DNA from: Massalongia carnosa
Lineage: Eukaryota
Reading direction: 5' to 3'
DNA: 64,000 nucleotides
Assembly: GCA_965645245.1 (NCBI GenBank)
Contig: OZ287071.1
Span: forward strand, 1,054,001-1,118,000
Shown: positions 47,952 to 60,314 of the stretch, piece by piece
Layout: each line of letters begins with the position of its first letter
How positions within the stretch are numbered: position 1 is the first letter of the stretch
Program-made: the position numbers and the translations under genes
The notes under the pieces: generated by a model
Seen by the model: the letters and a program-made list of their open reading frames with translations, nothing else
The model's database searches: none
What the model was told of the DNA's origin: nothing

Positions 47952-50786
47952 GATTGCTGGATTGCTGAACGTAATCTTCGTTAAAGAGACCGTGAATAAA
48001 TGATGCCAAACGAATGACACAAGTACTACGTAACTGGCAATGCCTGCAGCGGGCAGTGAGTGAGCCGGGGGCAGCAGCGAAAGTCAAGAGTTCGAGCGGG
48101 GTGAAAGAAGACTTTATGAAGGATACCGGCGGGTGGCTTTTTACTTTGAGGCCAGCTCATAGAGCCAGCGCGTGGTGAATGCTAGTTGCAAAAGTCCGGG
48201 CGGTTACAGAGAGGTTGTCAAGATGGGCATTGAGCTGGTCCTTTTGGGGGGTGGTGAGGGGGTTATTTTTTCAAACAAAAATATTTGTTACAGCAGCGCA
48301 TGAAGTGATGCAATTTTAGAAACAGTCTAACCCCTTGTCGTTACGAAACGGAGGATCTGACGGGGATGAGACGACCGGAATGTCCCGAGAATGGGAATGC
48401 CAATCAGAGAAGGGAAAAGCCACGAGGGCACTTACTTACATTCCGCTTTAGTTTTCTGGGACTAGAGATGCGGAGGGACTAGTACATCAAGTCCTAAGAA
48501 CGATCGTTGGCTGTGGAGGCGCTGGGAGTCTGTGACGGGAATAACGAGGGCGAACGAGCGAAGGTGATTCGTGCCTTGGCCTTGCAGCTGATTAAGGACG
48601 ACTGCGGCCGCTGATTCGATCAAAGCCACCTCATGCCGCCAGCATCAGCACATTCCTCTTCTTCTTCACACTTTTGAAACCACGGAACCGTTAGAGTTCC
48701 CTTCCCTGGGGGTGAAGGACAGAACAAGTGCGACGGGGCCTGACTGAATGGAGACTGGAGTCGATTGCTAAAAGGACAAACACGATCATGCCCGGAGGCC
48801 GGAGGCCAACACCTGCTTACTACCGTAGGACCATAGGACTTGAGTTAAGATCAAGAACCTGGATGAATCTGGATGGATCTTGAGTCTCCAGACTCGGTTC
48901 TCGAATCAGTTGAAGCGCTTAGGAGGCCCGTGTTCTCCAAAAAGCCTAGGGCCGGTTTAGATAACTGTAATAATCTACCTTGCCTAAAATGTACACAGTA
49001 AAGTAGGTGTCTGTACTCCGTACAGCGTGCTTAAGCAGGTTACCGACAACGGTACAGAGGACGGACCACTCCGTACTCCGTACTCTGTACTCTGTACCTT
49101 GTTTGGAAATACTCGGTGCAGATACCGAGTTTCTTCCGATCAACGGATAGTCGATTAGTTGTTCGTCCATTGGCTACCGAAGGTTGTTTCCCTCCCAGTA
49201 TGTACTTTCCTTGCCCTTAAACCGATCAATAGGAAATTTCCAACTGCTAGCCGGCGAAAGTCGTCAAACGGGAACGCCTCCCCCTCCACGCGTGTCTTAA
49301 CCGTCGTACAGGACATATCACTGCATCACAGCGTCACCCAGCGGAGTGTGTGGTAATCATGTCGGATTGCTTCAAATGAGCAAGCCAGATACGCTTTAGG
49401 ACTTGCACAATAAATCCTGTAGAAAGTGTACAGCTTGCAAGCGTCAATGGCCTGGACCATCCCGCCTTCGGCGGCTCTTTTGTGCCCTACGGTCTAGAGG
49501 TAATATATCAAGGACCCAGTCTGAGTTCTGACTGGTCGATTGCAGCTTCAATCATATAAGTGGGATTAGATCACTCTGTACACTGTTGCACAAACGCATC
49601 ATTCAACCCCAAAGCAACGCTTTCATATTACTACCCGACGGTATGGGCGATCCCTGCTTAAAGTGTAGTTACTTTTTCACTTTTGTTTTTTGGGTTTGCA
49701 GATGCCACGTCTAATCCAATGAGCTATCTTCGAAGCCTAGAAAACGTGCATGTGTGACGAATCTAACATCGGCCACACCAAGAAATCGACCTCATACACT
49801 CATTAAGTGAGCGGATTGGGTATCTCAGCGAGCCTCATTAAGTACACAGCACCGCCAGAAATTGCTTCCTAGGTTAAGCTCAAAGCCAAGTGTTTATGAA
49901 AAGCAGGATTTATGAGATGCCCAGGACCCACATATCACCAATCATCTGCGCGAGTAACGTTATTTCATTCTCTGCCAACGCAATTTGCATATTCCTTTAT
50001 GCCGACTCGCTCCCCACAACCGCATTAACGACATAGATCCCGGAGTTTCTAGCCGCACACGTACGAGGTCGAGGCGGCGTAACCAGAGTCAATGCAGAAA
50101 ATTATCAATGTGACGATGAAGCGAATGGTAATGCAATAAGGACAACGCATTACCAGGTGGAGAAGGTAAAACCGGCCCGTGAGACGGCGAGAAAAAAAAC
50201 TCATCTTTCAGTAGATACTTGGGCTTGGGGACAGCGGTGGTGTAGATATTCACAAAAGGTGTTAAATGTAAGATCGACATGATGACTATTATATCTGCAG
50301 CCGGCTCGTGGATGCACAACGCCTACTATCAGCCCATGTGAAAACTTAATCTCGGCTTATGCAGTGCGACGGCTTGTCCACTGAGAAATGCTTTCAGACA
50401 AGGGAAGTTGGTTGATGGACGCACTGACTCAACGTCGGGCGTAAAGTACAACCTGAGATCTTGTGGAAGCGGGTTCGCTACATTCTTTAAAAACAATCGG
50501 TGAAAACAGATCCTGGACCTTTGATGACCGACTTCCAGATGGCCGGTGAAGCTCCCGTCCTATGGTATGATTATTGCTTGGGTATCCCTAGCGAAGAATA
50601 CATATGGAGATGATGACTAGGAGACCACTGAACACCTGCCCAACTCAAAAAAAGGAACAGTATCAAAGATTCAACTTCCGCTTATAGTACGCGATTGTTG
50701 GAGAGATGGTAGCAGAAATAACCTTAGCATGAGGTCCATCTTCCTTCGTGAATGAAGTCTTCTATTGATTGAAGATGAAAAATCCT

Positions 50787-51737
50787 TCACCCAAGGTATC
50801 CAGGCGTGTTCCTCCGTGCCTGTATAACTCGCTCAGTCTGGAGGTATAACTGGTCCATATATGTCATTGCTTCAGCATCCCGTAACATCCGGGCAACCTG
50901 TAAACCGGCCGATACTAATTGGAGCACGTTTCGGTCATCCTTGAGGGGCCTAGACTGATGTTTGGCAGCATGACGCATCTCCAAGGAGTTCTCCAGGACA
51001 GTAACCAACTGCTTGATCTGGCTGTTGTAGAGAACTCGGGCAGGAATGCGTCTTTTGGTTGCGAGTCTTTTCAGTAAATACACCCATTCGGTCCATTCCC
51101 GATCCGAAGGCCTACTCACCGGCCTCTTATCCGGCTCCAGTGGAATGGGGAACTGATACTTGGCAACAAAATCAAAAGCGCATTGGGAAAGACGGTCGTT
51201 GACTTGGGATAGAACGTCATCTTGTTCTTGCACAAATAAATTAGTTGGCACATGTGGGAGTTCCCGGCCCTGTGCTGCCATTGTGTCTGTAGATGGTCTC
51301 TCAAGGAATTGATGAGGGCCGTCAAATTCATCTCGATTTGACGGCCGTCTTTGAGAATGGCTTCGCCCTTGAGGTCTTGGCATATTGGCAGATCCTCTTG
51401 ATACGGAGCCTTCGCTGGGAAAATCCAAGGAATCACGAGGACTTGGGGAATCCTGTTCCCATCCGTAACGATCAGGGGAAGTTTGTGCCACCGGCTCGTA
51501 CTCCGAGTGGCTCTGTGAAGAAGCTGGTAGTTGTCCAGACCCGATAGGTCCATACGTACTATTACTTGATGCTAGCCAGGATGGTGCCTGGGGAATAGGA
51601 GGGTCCAAACGGTGGCTACCGCTTCGGTCAAGGCCACGAAACGACGAATCAAACTCTTGTGAGGCGACTCGCATGCTGGAAGAAACGTCGACAGCGTTGA
51701 CTGGATCAGGAAGATTACTGGAAAAGGATGAAGTCAT
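50787..51737 (-). CDS. Conserved-looking fungal hypothetical protein (3' exon; probable upstream exons to about 52080)
   Basis: 316-aa ORF with a globular C-terminal block (RLSQCAFDFVAKYQFPIP...WTEWVYLLKRLATKRRIPARVLYN...DDRNVLQLVSAG). A CAG acceptor lies just upstream and a GTGAGT donor near 51804. Confidence 0.8.
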   Translation of the reverse strand: MTSSFSSNLPDPVNAVDVSSSMRVASQEFDSSFRGLDRSGSHRLDPPIPQAPSWLASSNSTYGPIGSGQLPASSQSHSEYEPVAQTSPDRYGWEQDSPSPRDSLDFPSEGSVSRGSANMPRPQGRSHSQRRPSNRDEFDGPHQFLERPSTDTMAAQGRELPHVPTNLFVQEQDDVLSQVNDRLSQCAFDFVAKYQFPIPLEPDKRPVSRPSDREWTEWVYLLKRLATKRRIPARVLYNSQIKQLVTVLENSLEMRHAAKHQSRPLKDDRNVLQLVSAGLQVARMLRDAEAMTYMDQLYLQTERVIQARRNTPGYLG

Positions 51738-53564
51738 TGGACGGATAGGGCTGGAGGCTTAGGCATCAGAGTATGGTCACCAGGTCGCACCCCCATGTAC
51801 TCACACTTGAGGTCCCATGCCGTAGTGGTTCGCTTGCACCAAGTTGCTCGTTGGTTGTGTGAACCCCACATCGTCAGGATGCCGTCCGCTTTGAAGTCGT
51901 CAGTGAAGCCGCTTTTGAAAATGAGGTATCGGCATATTTGGGGGAGAATGACCTGCTAGGGAAGCTTCGCTGACTTGTACGGTTAGTAGATAAGGTATAG
52001 TTCCTCTCAGCTCCAGGACCAGGCCACTGATTGGGCTGATATCTTTGGGCCATGGCTATTGGTTGGACTGCAGAAGTCATGGGCAGTATGGGTTGAGGAA
52101 GCAACGACGATTAATATGATAAAGTATTACGATAGAGGCTTCGTCAGGTTTTAGTATCGTGGAAGCCGACGTTGAGTGCGAATGGCCGGATCCAAGAAAG
52201 GCGTGCGATCCTTCTCATCTCCAACGACCTGAGTCTCCCCTTATATGGATCATGCGGTTCCTGGGTGGAGCGGAGATCTTGACGCCCGATGAAGCATATG
52301 TTGAAGCCTTTCAAGGAGACGTGATCGCGATTTTCAAGGATGACGGTGAGCGGGAAGGGGTCCGGCATACTGTGACCTGCTGGGCGACCTTGCTGTAAGT
52401 ATGATGAGTTGGCACACACCGAATCAAACCAGGCTATGAGACCCTTTCACCGCCGAATAACATGCAGACTCGACTGCTGGTGTCCAGTAAACTGGGCGTA
52501 CACAGATAATTCAAATCCAGCAAGGTTTAGTGAGATATTGCCTGCATGGTTTTCGATCATTGCTCAACACAACACGCACCTGGGTGCCTTCGGGCGACCA
52601 AGTATGGGTTGCATGAGATGACGATCGAAAAGGCAACAATGACAAGAGAGGGGAGGGGGTCTGTTCGCTTTTCTCCCGCTTGACATGTCGCTGGGCAACG
52701 AGCGGTTTTGTAGGTATTTCTCTGGAACGAGGCAAGCGGGATCATTGGTTTAGGGTATCAATAGGGCGCTGGTGATCGACAATGGAGCAGAAAGTTCGAC
52801 CGTATTCTTCGAAACTCCAGATGAGGCTGTCTGAACCTGCTTCATGATGATTTGCTCTCCTCTTTCCGCGACGTACGGTGACATACGTCCAGGTTACTGG
52901 ACGTCTATCTTAGGCACCACCCACCAGGTCCGGTGATGCATCTGTTACCAACGCAAGGTCGTTTGGATCCTTAGGCCAAGAGAGGATAGAGGTCCTCCGG
53001 GTTTGCCACGTCTTGTATTGATGGCGTCAATTCGTTCTGCAGCTGTCTTCACATAATGCCCAGCAAGATAGCTTCAAGATTGGCTCATCGCTCGTGGTTC
53101 CTCTTCTAGGCAACCGAAAGAATACCGCTTTTGGCTGAACCGGCATTTGGCCCCATTCAAAGCACAGATCTAGCCAAGTCTTACTCTACGTCTTGTGAAA
53201 AACAAATCATCGTGCGAAAAATCCATCCACGTCGGGTATGAATGCGGTCGCGTGTACGCCCGAATTCTGACTTGTAAATGTATTCGAGCGCTGCTGTATG
53301 AACTGGAAATTTCAAGGTCGTTGGCCCTTGCATGGGCAAATGTCAACCCTCGCACGCCTCTTATTTAGTCTGACACCGTGGCTTTAATCGTGGCTTACTA
53401 CGTTCCTTGCAACAGCTGAATCAGGACAGCCAATGTACGTGATCAAATTCGCACAGACATGTGCCAACTCATTGGAGGCATCTACGTGGTGGTGCGTTTC
53501 ACATTGTCTACCTCGTACATCCCACCAGCTCAGCACTTGAGTCGGGTGGCCTACTACACAAAAC

Positions 53565-55145
53565 TCAGCATTCCTGCTGAGCCCGTTCAAATGCTATGGA
53601 AAAGAATGTTTGCATGGCCAAATAATGGAAAAGAATGCCCCCAAGCACCGCGCAATGCCAGATGTTATGGCTACCACCGATGTAGTCAAACCAGCCATGT
53701 AGCCACCGCTCGGGAACCTATTCGCATGAGCACAAAGCGAGGGAGCGAAAACTGGAAGAGACTTACTTGGCTAGCATATACGACAGCCCCAACAAGATAA
53801 ACGGCGATAGACTTCATGACAGGCGCATAAAAATAGTATGACCAAGCGGGACCTCGAGTCCAGCTCAGCTGAAATACAGGGGCGAAGCCAGTTGCAGCAA
53901 GAGAGACATAAAATGCCACGCGGAACCAGTTCATATCAGCTCGGTTGAAGGTTGGATGCCATGGCAATATTACACCCCCGATGCCCAAGGTAGCGGTCGT
54001 TAGGATGTAGATCCATCGGCTGATGGGCTCGCAGTAGAACGCAGTATATTCGGTAGTCATGATCGAGGCAGCGATCAGAAGGGAGATGCCGGTGTAATCC
54101 ACACATGCAAACCGCTCCATCAGGTTTTGCTCGGCGATACTGCTCATGGTGTGCCACATACAGCTGCAGACCAGGCATTTGCATGCCGCGAAAAAGAAAA
54201 CGGCAGAAAAAAATATGTCGGTCTTGGAAGACTGGGAGAAGTTGACCGAACTAGGATAGAAATAGAAGGCAATTGCCAAGACGATGATCAGGCCGATGGC
54301 ATGGGACCAGATATTCACCAGCTCGTTGGAAATGTTAAATGCCGAACGCAAACAATCGACCTTCGAATTCGAAAACCGATACCCTCGTGTGATATACGGG
54401 TTCACGCGCCAAGGATGGGGCAAGTCCTCGTATCGGATCAAGCCGTGCTCCTGCGCTCGTTTGACCGCATTTTCTATGCTTTCTTTAAGGTTTTCTTTCG
54501 CCCGACGTGCCTTCTCCAGGCTCTCGTCCACGACTTCTTTCGCTTTTCCAAACCCTTCTTCCGCGATCCGCCACCCCCCATCCATGATCTCCGATAGTCC
54601 TGTGTCACGCACCGCATGAGCACGAGCTTCCAAGTCCGAGAGAAACCCCTCCATCAGCCGCATTCCTGCTTGCGCCTTCGCTTCCAACGTTTCTCGCGTA
54701 GCTAATACATTGTTATAGCGATCCTCGAGCGTCTCCACCAAGATCCTCGCCCGCCGTGTGCCAGCCCCGATTAACTCCCCTGACACATGCGAGCATGCAT
54801 CTCGAACGGCTTCCAAAGTTAAATACGCACGGTTGATGCCTGCATCTAGGTGTAGGTTCCCATAATTCTCTATCCAGTCCATTCGCCGCTCCAGCTCGGA
54901 CAGGAAGAGGTCCACCTTTGTTCTCTGGTTAGCATGATTATTTATTTGCCACTAGGTACGCAGAAGCGCACCTTCATAAATATGGCATCAGCATCCAGAT
55001 CGTGGGATCGTCTGCGGATTGCATGGTAGGACGAATGGCGCCGTCTCGGATTCCGGGGGTAACTTGACGATGAGGTGCTAGAGTTTTGTCCAAATAGATT
55101 CCCATCGTACGATTCCACTGTAATAGATGGCGTAGTGCACGCCAT
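53565..55145 (-). CDS. IZH3: PAQR/HlyIII-family membrane protein, Izh3-like (3 exons)
   Basis: LPHPWRVNPYITRGYR, NELVNIWSH, SCMWHT, DYTGI, |VPERWLHGWFDYIGGSHNIWH. Long coiled N-terminus as in Izh3-type paralogs. The paralog symbol is tentative. Confidence 0.88.
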
Positions 55146-55599
55146 GAGGATGGATGGTGAGCGCAGTCGCTGCATTTGCTGCACCGTACTTTGCCAGGAG
55201 TCGATTTATGATAGAAGCCGTAAGCTGTAGGGAATCGGTAGAAGAGAACGCCTTATCTGAACTTCGGAAAGAGAAACGGATGAGAATGACGACAACGAAG
55301 GCGTATATAGGGGGCGTATATACATTATAATCGACAACGCAAAGTGTATGTAAGCCACAAAGCGGCACGTGTAGTGAAGCTGTGGATGAAAATGAAGGAG
55401 TCGATCTCTCAACAATCAACTTTCCTCGAAAACAGGGGATTAGGTTTTCCGAAAGTGGCTAACTAGTTACAGCAGATGACCGATTTGGACCATCTTATCT
55501 TTGACCCGATCTAGTTAGTTAGAAACAATCCCGGAAGCTTAGATAACATATCGAAAACCCTAACCAATTAGCTACCCTTCAAAGATTTCCCATCCATCC

Positions 55600-55634
55600 G
55601 TACAGAGTACAGAGTACAGAGTACAGAGTACAGA
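55600..55634. repeat. (GTACAGA)5 heptamer array in the divergent IZH/THOC5 intergenic region
   Basis: Five exact tandem copies ending 52 bp before the THOC5 ATG. Confidence 0.9.
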
Positions 55635-55686
55635 TTATGTAACATCTCCTAGGCAATCACAACCAAAAGTCTACAATCCATTCACC

Positions 55687-56504
55687 ATGACCAACCCAAT
55701 CGTAACCGACCCTTTCCTGCAAACCGTGCTGGAAACCTCCACCCAAACCCGTTCGCACTGCATCCAGCTCCTCGACCTCGCCGAAGAGTCCGCATCCTCT
55801 CACCCAGCCTCTACCATACCCCACGCCACCCAGATTGAAATATCCAAGCTGCAAAAGACCCTCTACGCCCATCTTGCTCAGCTGCGCGGCCTCAACCGTA
55901 ACGCCACCCTACAGGTCCGCGGCACCAAGCAAATGACGGCGGAGGCGCGGCAAGAAGTCGACCGCTTGCATCTCCATCTGCAGAACCTATACTACGAGGA
56001 GCGTCATCTTCGGGGTGAAATCGCAGCGTGCGAGTCTTACGAGTAAGAAAGTCCTTTTTCCGTTCCGTTTTGGTCCCCCCTCCCCCAACCTTTACATAAT
56101 GCTGATTCCTCCCCCCACAGCCACAAATTCCGACAACTCCCCCTCATCCCCGCAGACGAGTTCCTACGCCAGCGTCCAGAGCACGCTGATGCGGATGAGA
56201 AGACCCTTATGTTCGCGCGCATCGAACACGAGCTGCAGGAGCGGGAGGCTCTAGAGCAGGCGCGGCAAGCTCTTCTGAAGAAGAAGCATAGCTTGATTGC
56301 GGACAATAAGAAGCGGAAAGAGGATTTGGCGAGCTTGGATAAAGATCTGGAGACGTTTATCGACGTGAGTTTTTGATATCTATGATTTTACAGTGAAGGG
56401 AATAGAGTTATTTCTTGCGAGTGAAAGGGAAAAGATATTGACAGCTAACGAAAACCCCTAAGGCCGCAAAACCAATACAGAAGATCTTCGAGAAACAGTA
56501 CTAA
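55687..56504 (+). CDS. THOC5: THO complex subunit 5 / FMIP-domain protein (3 exons)
   Basis: LRGLNR..TKQMTAEARQEVDRLHLHLQNLYYEERHLRGEIAAC, LPLIPADEFL, LMFARIEHEL.ER, LETFID|AAKPIQKIF. Confidence 0.88.
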
Positions 56505-57129
56505 ACCCTATCTATCCACCTCCTCCAAACCATCCATGTTTAGATAACTATGATATCTCTGCACCCAAAAATCTGCATCATCGGGGGTGGGGGGGAGGGG
56601 AGCGCTTGACGTTTGCAAGGATTTTCGGTTCGAGGCGCATCTACTCCGTACATATCTCATATGGGGAACCCGTGCGCTGTTTCTTCCATGTTTAGTGGTT
56701 TGAAACATGGATATGGGAAACGGCGTATTTTGCAATAATGTGGGAGCAATTCGCATTTCATCAAAATAGGAACTCGGTAACTTGGGATTTCGATAAATAG
56801 ATACCATAGATACCCATTACATACGTTACAAGTAACCAAACTAGATACCTACATAAACCCACCTTCAAAACCAAACCGCACGCTCCCCCTCCTTTCCCTC
56901 TCCCAAGCCCCGGCTCCCAGGACATGCAAGCAATACTGCAAATGATCTTTCAAAGAAAGGGGGGTTTCTTTTTTGGTGTAACTAAGATCCAACTATGTCT
57001 ACGTACCATTTCTCGGGTGAGGCATCTTAAGGTAGATCATTAGAGAACTTATCTGCCTTTATAATACTAAGTACATCTATTATTAACGAGCTGTCTTTAC
57101 CGTCATTACAGGACCTTTAGGCTTCCATG

Positions 57130-58267
57130 GCCAGAAGATGCGTGTACCCCTTGGAGAAATGTCAGGTGACTTCAAGATTTGCTCCACTAGAGTTTATAGA
57201 ATCCCACTCAAGCTGCAGCTGATTCGTATCCCTTCTTCAATTCCCACTCTGGGTGCGTACACAAGTATCGGCCGTGCTTTCTCTCCGCTGCAGTACCTAG
57301 TGGCACACGCGTCCATGACGCTTCCCCGGCTCAAGGTGGTTTGGGTTCCGAGAAGCCAGGTTACCCACTCGGCATCATACCCTACGATACAGGCAAGTCG
57401 TCTCGGAATATGGAGTTGAAACGGCGGAAATGCCTAAACTGTCGCCACACGGCCAGACAAAAGTCTCGAAAGGGAATAGGTTCCTCATTGGAGATGAAAA
57501 TAGCTTCGCCAGCAGCAGTTTTCGATGTCAACAGGTTTTCAACAGTGAGAACATGGGCGTCGGCGACGTTGGCCACGTACGTCACGTCCCAGAGGTTTTT
57601 ACCGTCTCCAATGATGGAAGGGGTTTCGCCCTTGGCGATACAAGCGTAAATTGATGGGATAAGCTGGTAGTCCCCCGGACCAAATATCACAGAGGGCCGG
57701 AGAGAACAGGTGCCGAGCTGGTCATCGGAGGCTGCAAGGACGAGAGGCTCAGCGACGGCCTTTTGGGAGTCAATGGAGACCTGATCTAACTACGGCTTGT
57801 TGAAGCGAAATGCTGACTTTGGATTCTCCATAGATAGAGAAATGGCTCGAGGTAGGCCATCGCTCGTCAATATTAGGGTATTAGCATGCCATATCATCCG
57901 TCACGCAAGTGCAGCTGCTGGTCCATACCAGAGCCTGAACCCCATACTTCTGTGCGGCAGCCAGTACGTTGCGAGTACCGTCTACATTGATATTGAAGAC
58001 TCGATCGCGATCTATACTCCCATAGCGGCTTGCAAGCCCTGGCACGATACCAGCAGAGTGTATGACAACAAGTGGGCGAATCATTTTGAAGAGATTCTCT
58101 ACCTCAGCAGGACTAGTAACGTCTCCTGTATGATATCTCACCCCTGCTCTTGGCCGAACAGGCTCTTTCACGTCCAGCACATCTTCCACCCAATTGTCCT
58201 TCAAGGCTTCAACAATCACTGAGCCCACGAAGCCACTTCCGCCGGTGATTAGAACGGAGACGGCCAT
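57130..58267 (-). pseudogene. 3-beta-hydroxysteroid dehydrogenase / ERG26-like SDR pseudogene (3' end approximate)
   Basis: VLITGGSGFVG, INVDGTRNVL, WTSS, YGESK|AVAE, LRPSVIFGPGD, TYVANVADAH. In-frame TAA at 57881 (DDMAC*YPNIDE) and a frameshift at about 57425. Confidence 0.85.
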
Positions 58268-58789
58268 TGAATCATGTGTAACAGAGTGTGATTGAAGGCT
58301 TCGTATGCGCTTCCAAAGCTTGGAATTTGAGACTAATCGAAAATACCTTGCGTCTTTGCTAGATTGAGCGAAATCCCTGAAACGGGAGGCATTTTTACGA
58401 TACGAAAAGCATTAATAGCTAAATGGAATAGAGATTGTCCCTCCTGAGCGTCTATTGGTGCTGAGAAGCTAGGCTCCATTCGGAGTGGGTGGCTTTGAGC
58501 CTGTGAAGCTGAGAATAAGATAAGTTATAGGGATTGAAGAAAAAATTTTTAAATTCTAGTACAGAGTAGCCCAGTGTTCATAAGATAACTTAGAGAAACA
58601 GTAGTAGAGGATGGCAGGCGCCATCCAGGGCGTTAGATAAACGTCACAGTCATAACCTCATAAATCATTGCTGAGTGACGGTGACATAATCATTTCCTGT
58701 TCTACTTGTCCAGTACCATTATCTGCCCTCTCAGGTTTCTCGCCATCGCAGATATCCCCAAAAAACCATCCAGGGATAAGAAACAAACC

Positions 58790-59763
58790 ATGACGAAGAA
58801 TACTGGAATCAGCTCCTGTTGTCTCAGCGGCTCTTTACATGCCGGGAAACCCACCGGCCACGTGGAGACAACCGGAGGGCTGCAAACCTATGTCACAGAG
58901 TCGGAGAGCAACTCAAAAGCCAAAACAGTAGTTTTCCTGGTCGACAGTAAGAGCCCTATCTCCTTCCATTTTCTTGGCCCCTTCGCCACCCCTCATGGGA
59001 CTAAAAATCCTTAACATCGTAGTCTTCAGCTGGGAGCTCCCAAATACCCGTATCCTTGCTGACGAGTACGTGCGCGGGCTTCTACGCCTACGTGCCGGAT
59101 ATTCACTCCGGCGACTCGCTTCCGCTTTCCTTCCTCCAAAACGTGAAACCTCCGCTTAAAGCACAAGAGAACCTCTCCCTCGCCGACAAGGTCAAGAACG
59201 CCGCCGTTGTGCCCGCGACATTGGGGCCGTGGGCTTTGAAACACCGCGAGGGTGTCACGAAGCCGTTGATTGATGGCTTCATTAATGCGGTGCGCATGAT
59301 CCCTGAAACGAACAAAATTGGGGCGGTAGATAGGCGATCCTGCAGGCACATGGCCGTATAATGAACGGGCAGGGGAGCAGCGTTGGTGGGGTCGACGCGG
59401 CGTACGCGTGTCATCCAAGCATGTTATCTGTGCCGGGGGATTTCGAAGCGGTGACGCAGCCAATGAGTCTCGCTGTTGGGAGCAAAGATAGTGTGCTGGA
59501 TGTTGCTACAGTGGGAAAATCCGGGAGGTGTTAGATAAGAAGACAGATGTCCCGCATGAGATCCAGGTAAGTCCTTGGCTCTCCTCAGTCAATGCTTTTA
59601 TGCCGTAAGCATCTGTGCTAACGCAATCCTTTTATGAACAGATTTACGAAGATCAAGTCCATGGCTTCGCGCTTAGAAGCGACTGGAGTAGTGAAAAGGA
59701 TAAGGAAGCAATGAACAATGCAGAAAGCAAGGGAGTGCATGGTTTGAGAAGTACCTTGCGTAA
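58790..59763 (+). pseudogene. Dienelactone hydrolase-family pseudogene
   Basis: SSCCLSG.LH.GKPTG, PNTRILADEY, YVPD, AYACHPS, YEDQVHGFALR, WFEKYL*. Several frameshifts, and the G-F-C-W-G-G nucleophile motif is truncated. Confidence 0.85.
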
Positions 59764-60314
59764 ATGCGTAGCTCCAGCTACGAACAACAGATTCCCTTCC
59801 CGTGGCTTCAGTAACACCGCAGAGCGACTTTTGAAGCATGTTATTCTTACTAGCTATTTTCGCTTGCTTAAGTTGTAGCAATAAGAATGACTTGTGGAAG
59901 TGCTTGAACGGTGAATAGCGTGGTGATGAGTCCCGTTTTACCCGAACCTCGTGTTGAAGACGGAGATACTAAGAGTCATGATGATTTTGATGGGATTCTG
60001 TCTGGTAAGCTAGCATAATCCAAAGTTGCTGCCTCGTATTATGGAGCCATAAGCTCCAAAATGCATGCAAGTAGATGTTGCGTGGCTCGTCTTGAATTGG
60101 CGCTAAAGATCACGCATATTATAGCATGATAGTGATTCTCCGGTCAAACCAAAATGTTTCCACTCTCTTAAAAAATATGTTTAGATTAACATGGAACCTT
60201 GTTTTGTAACTCGGACAGCTTGAAAGAAGAAGTCTTCTCGACTAAACCGATGCAGCGTCAACTGAATGTATTCGGTGCAAGGATTTTCGCTCCGTGAAGG
60301 GTTGGTCCTTGGAA

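Noticed and set aside
52144..53560. Cluster of short ORFs between the hypothetical gene and IZH3
   Set aside because: No domain-like content. More likely UTR or promoter sequence.
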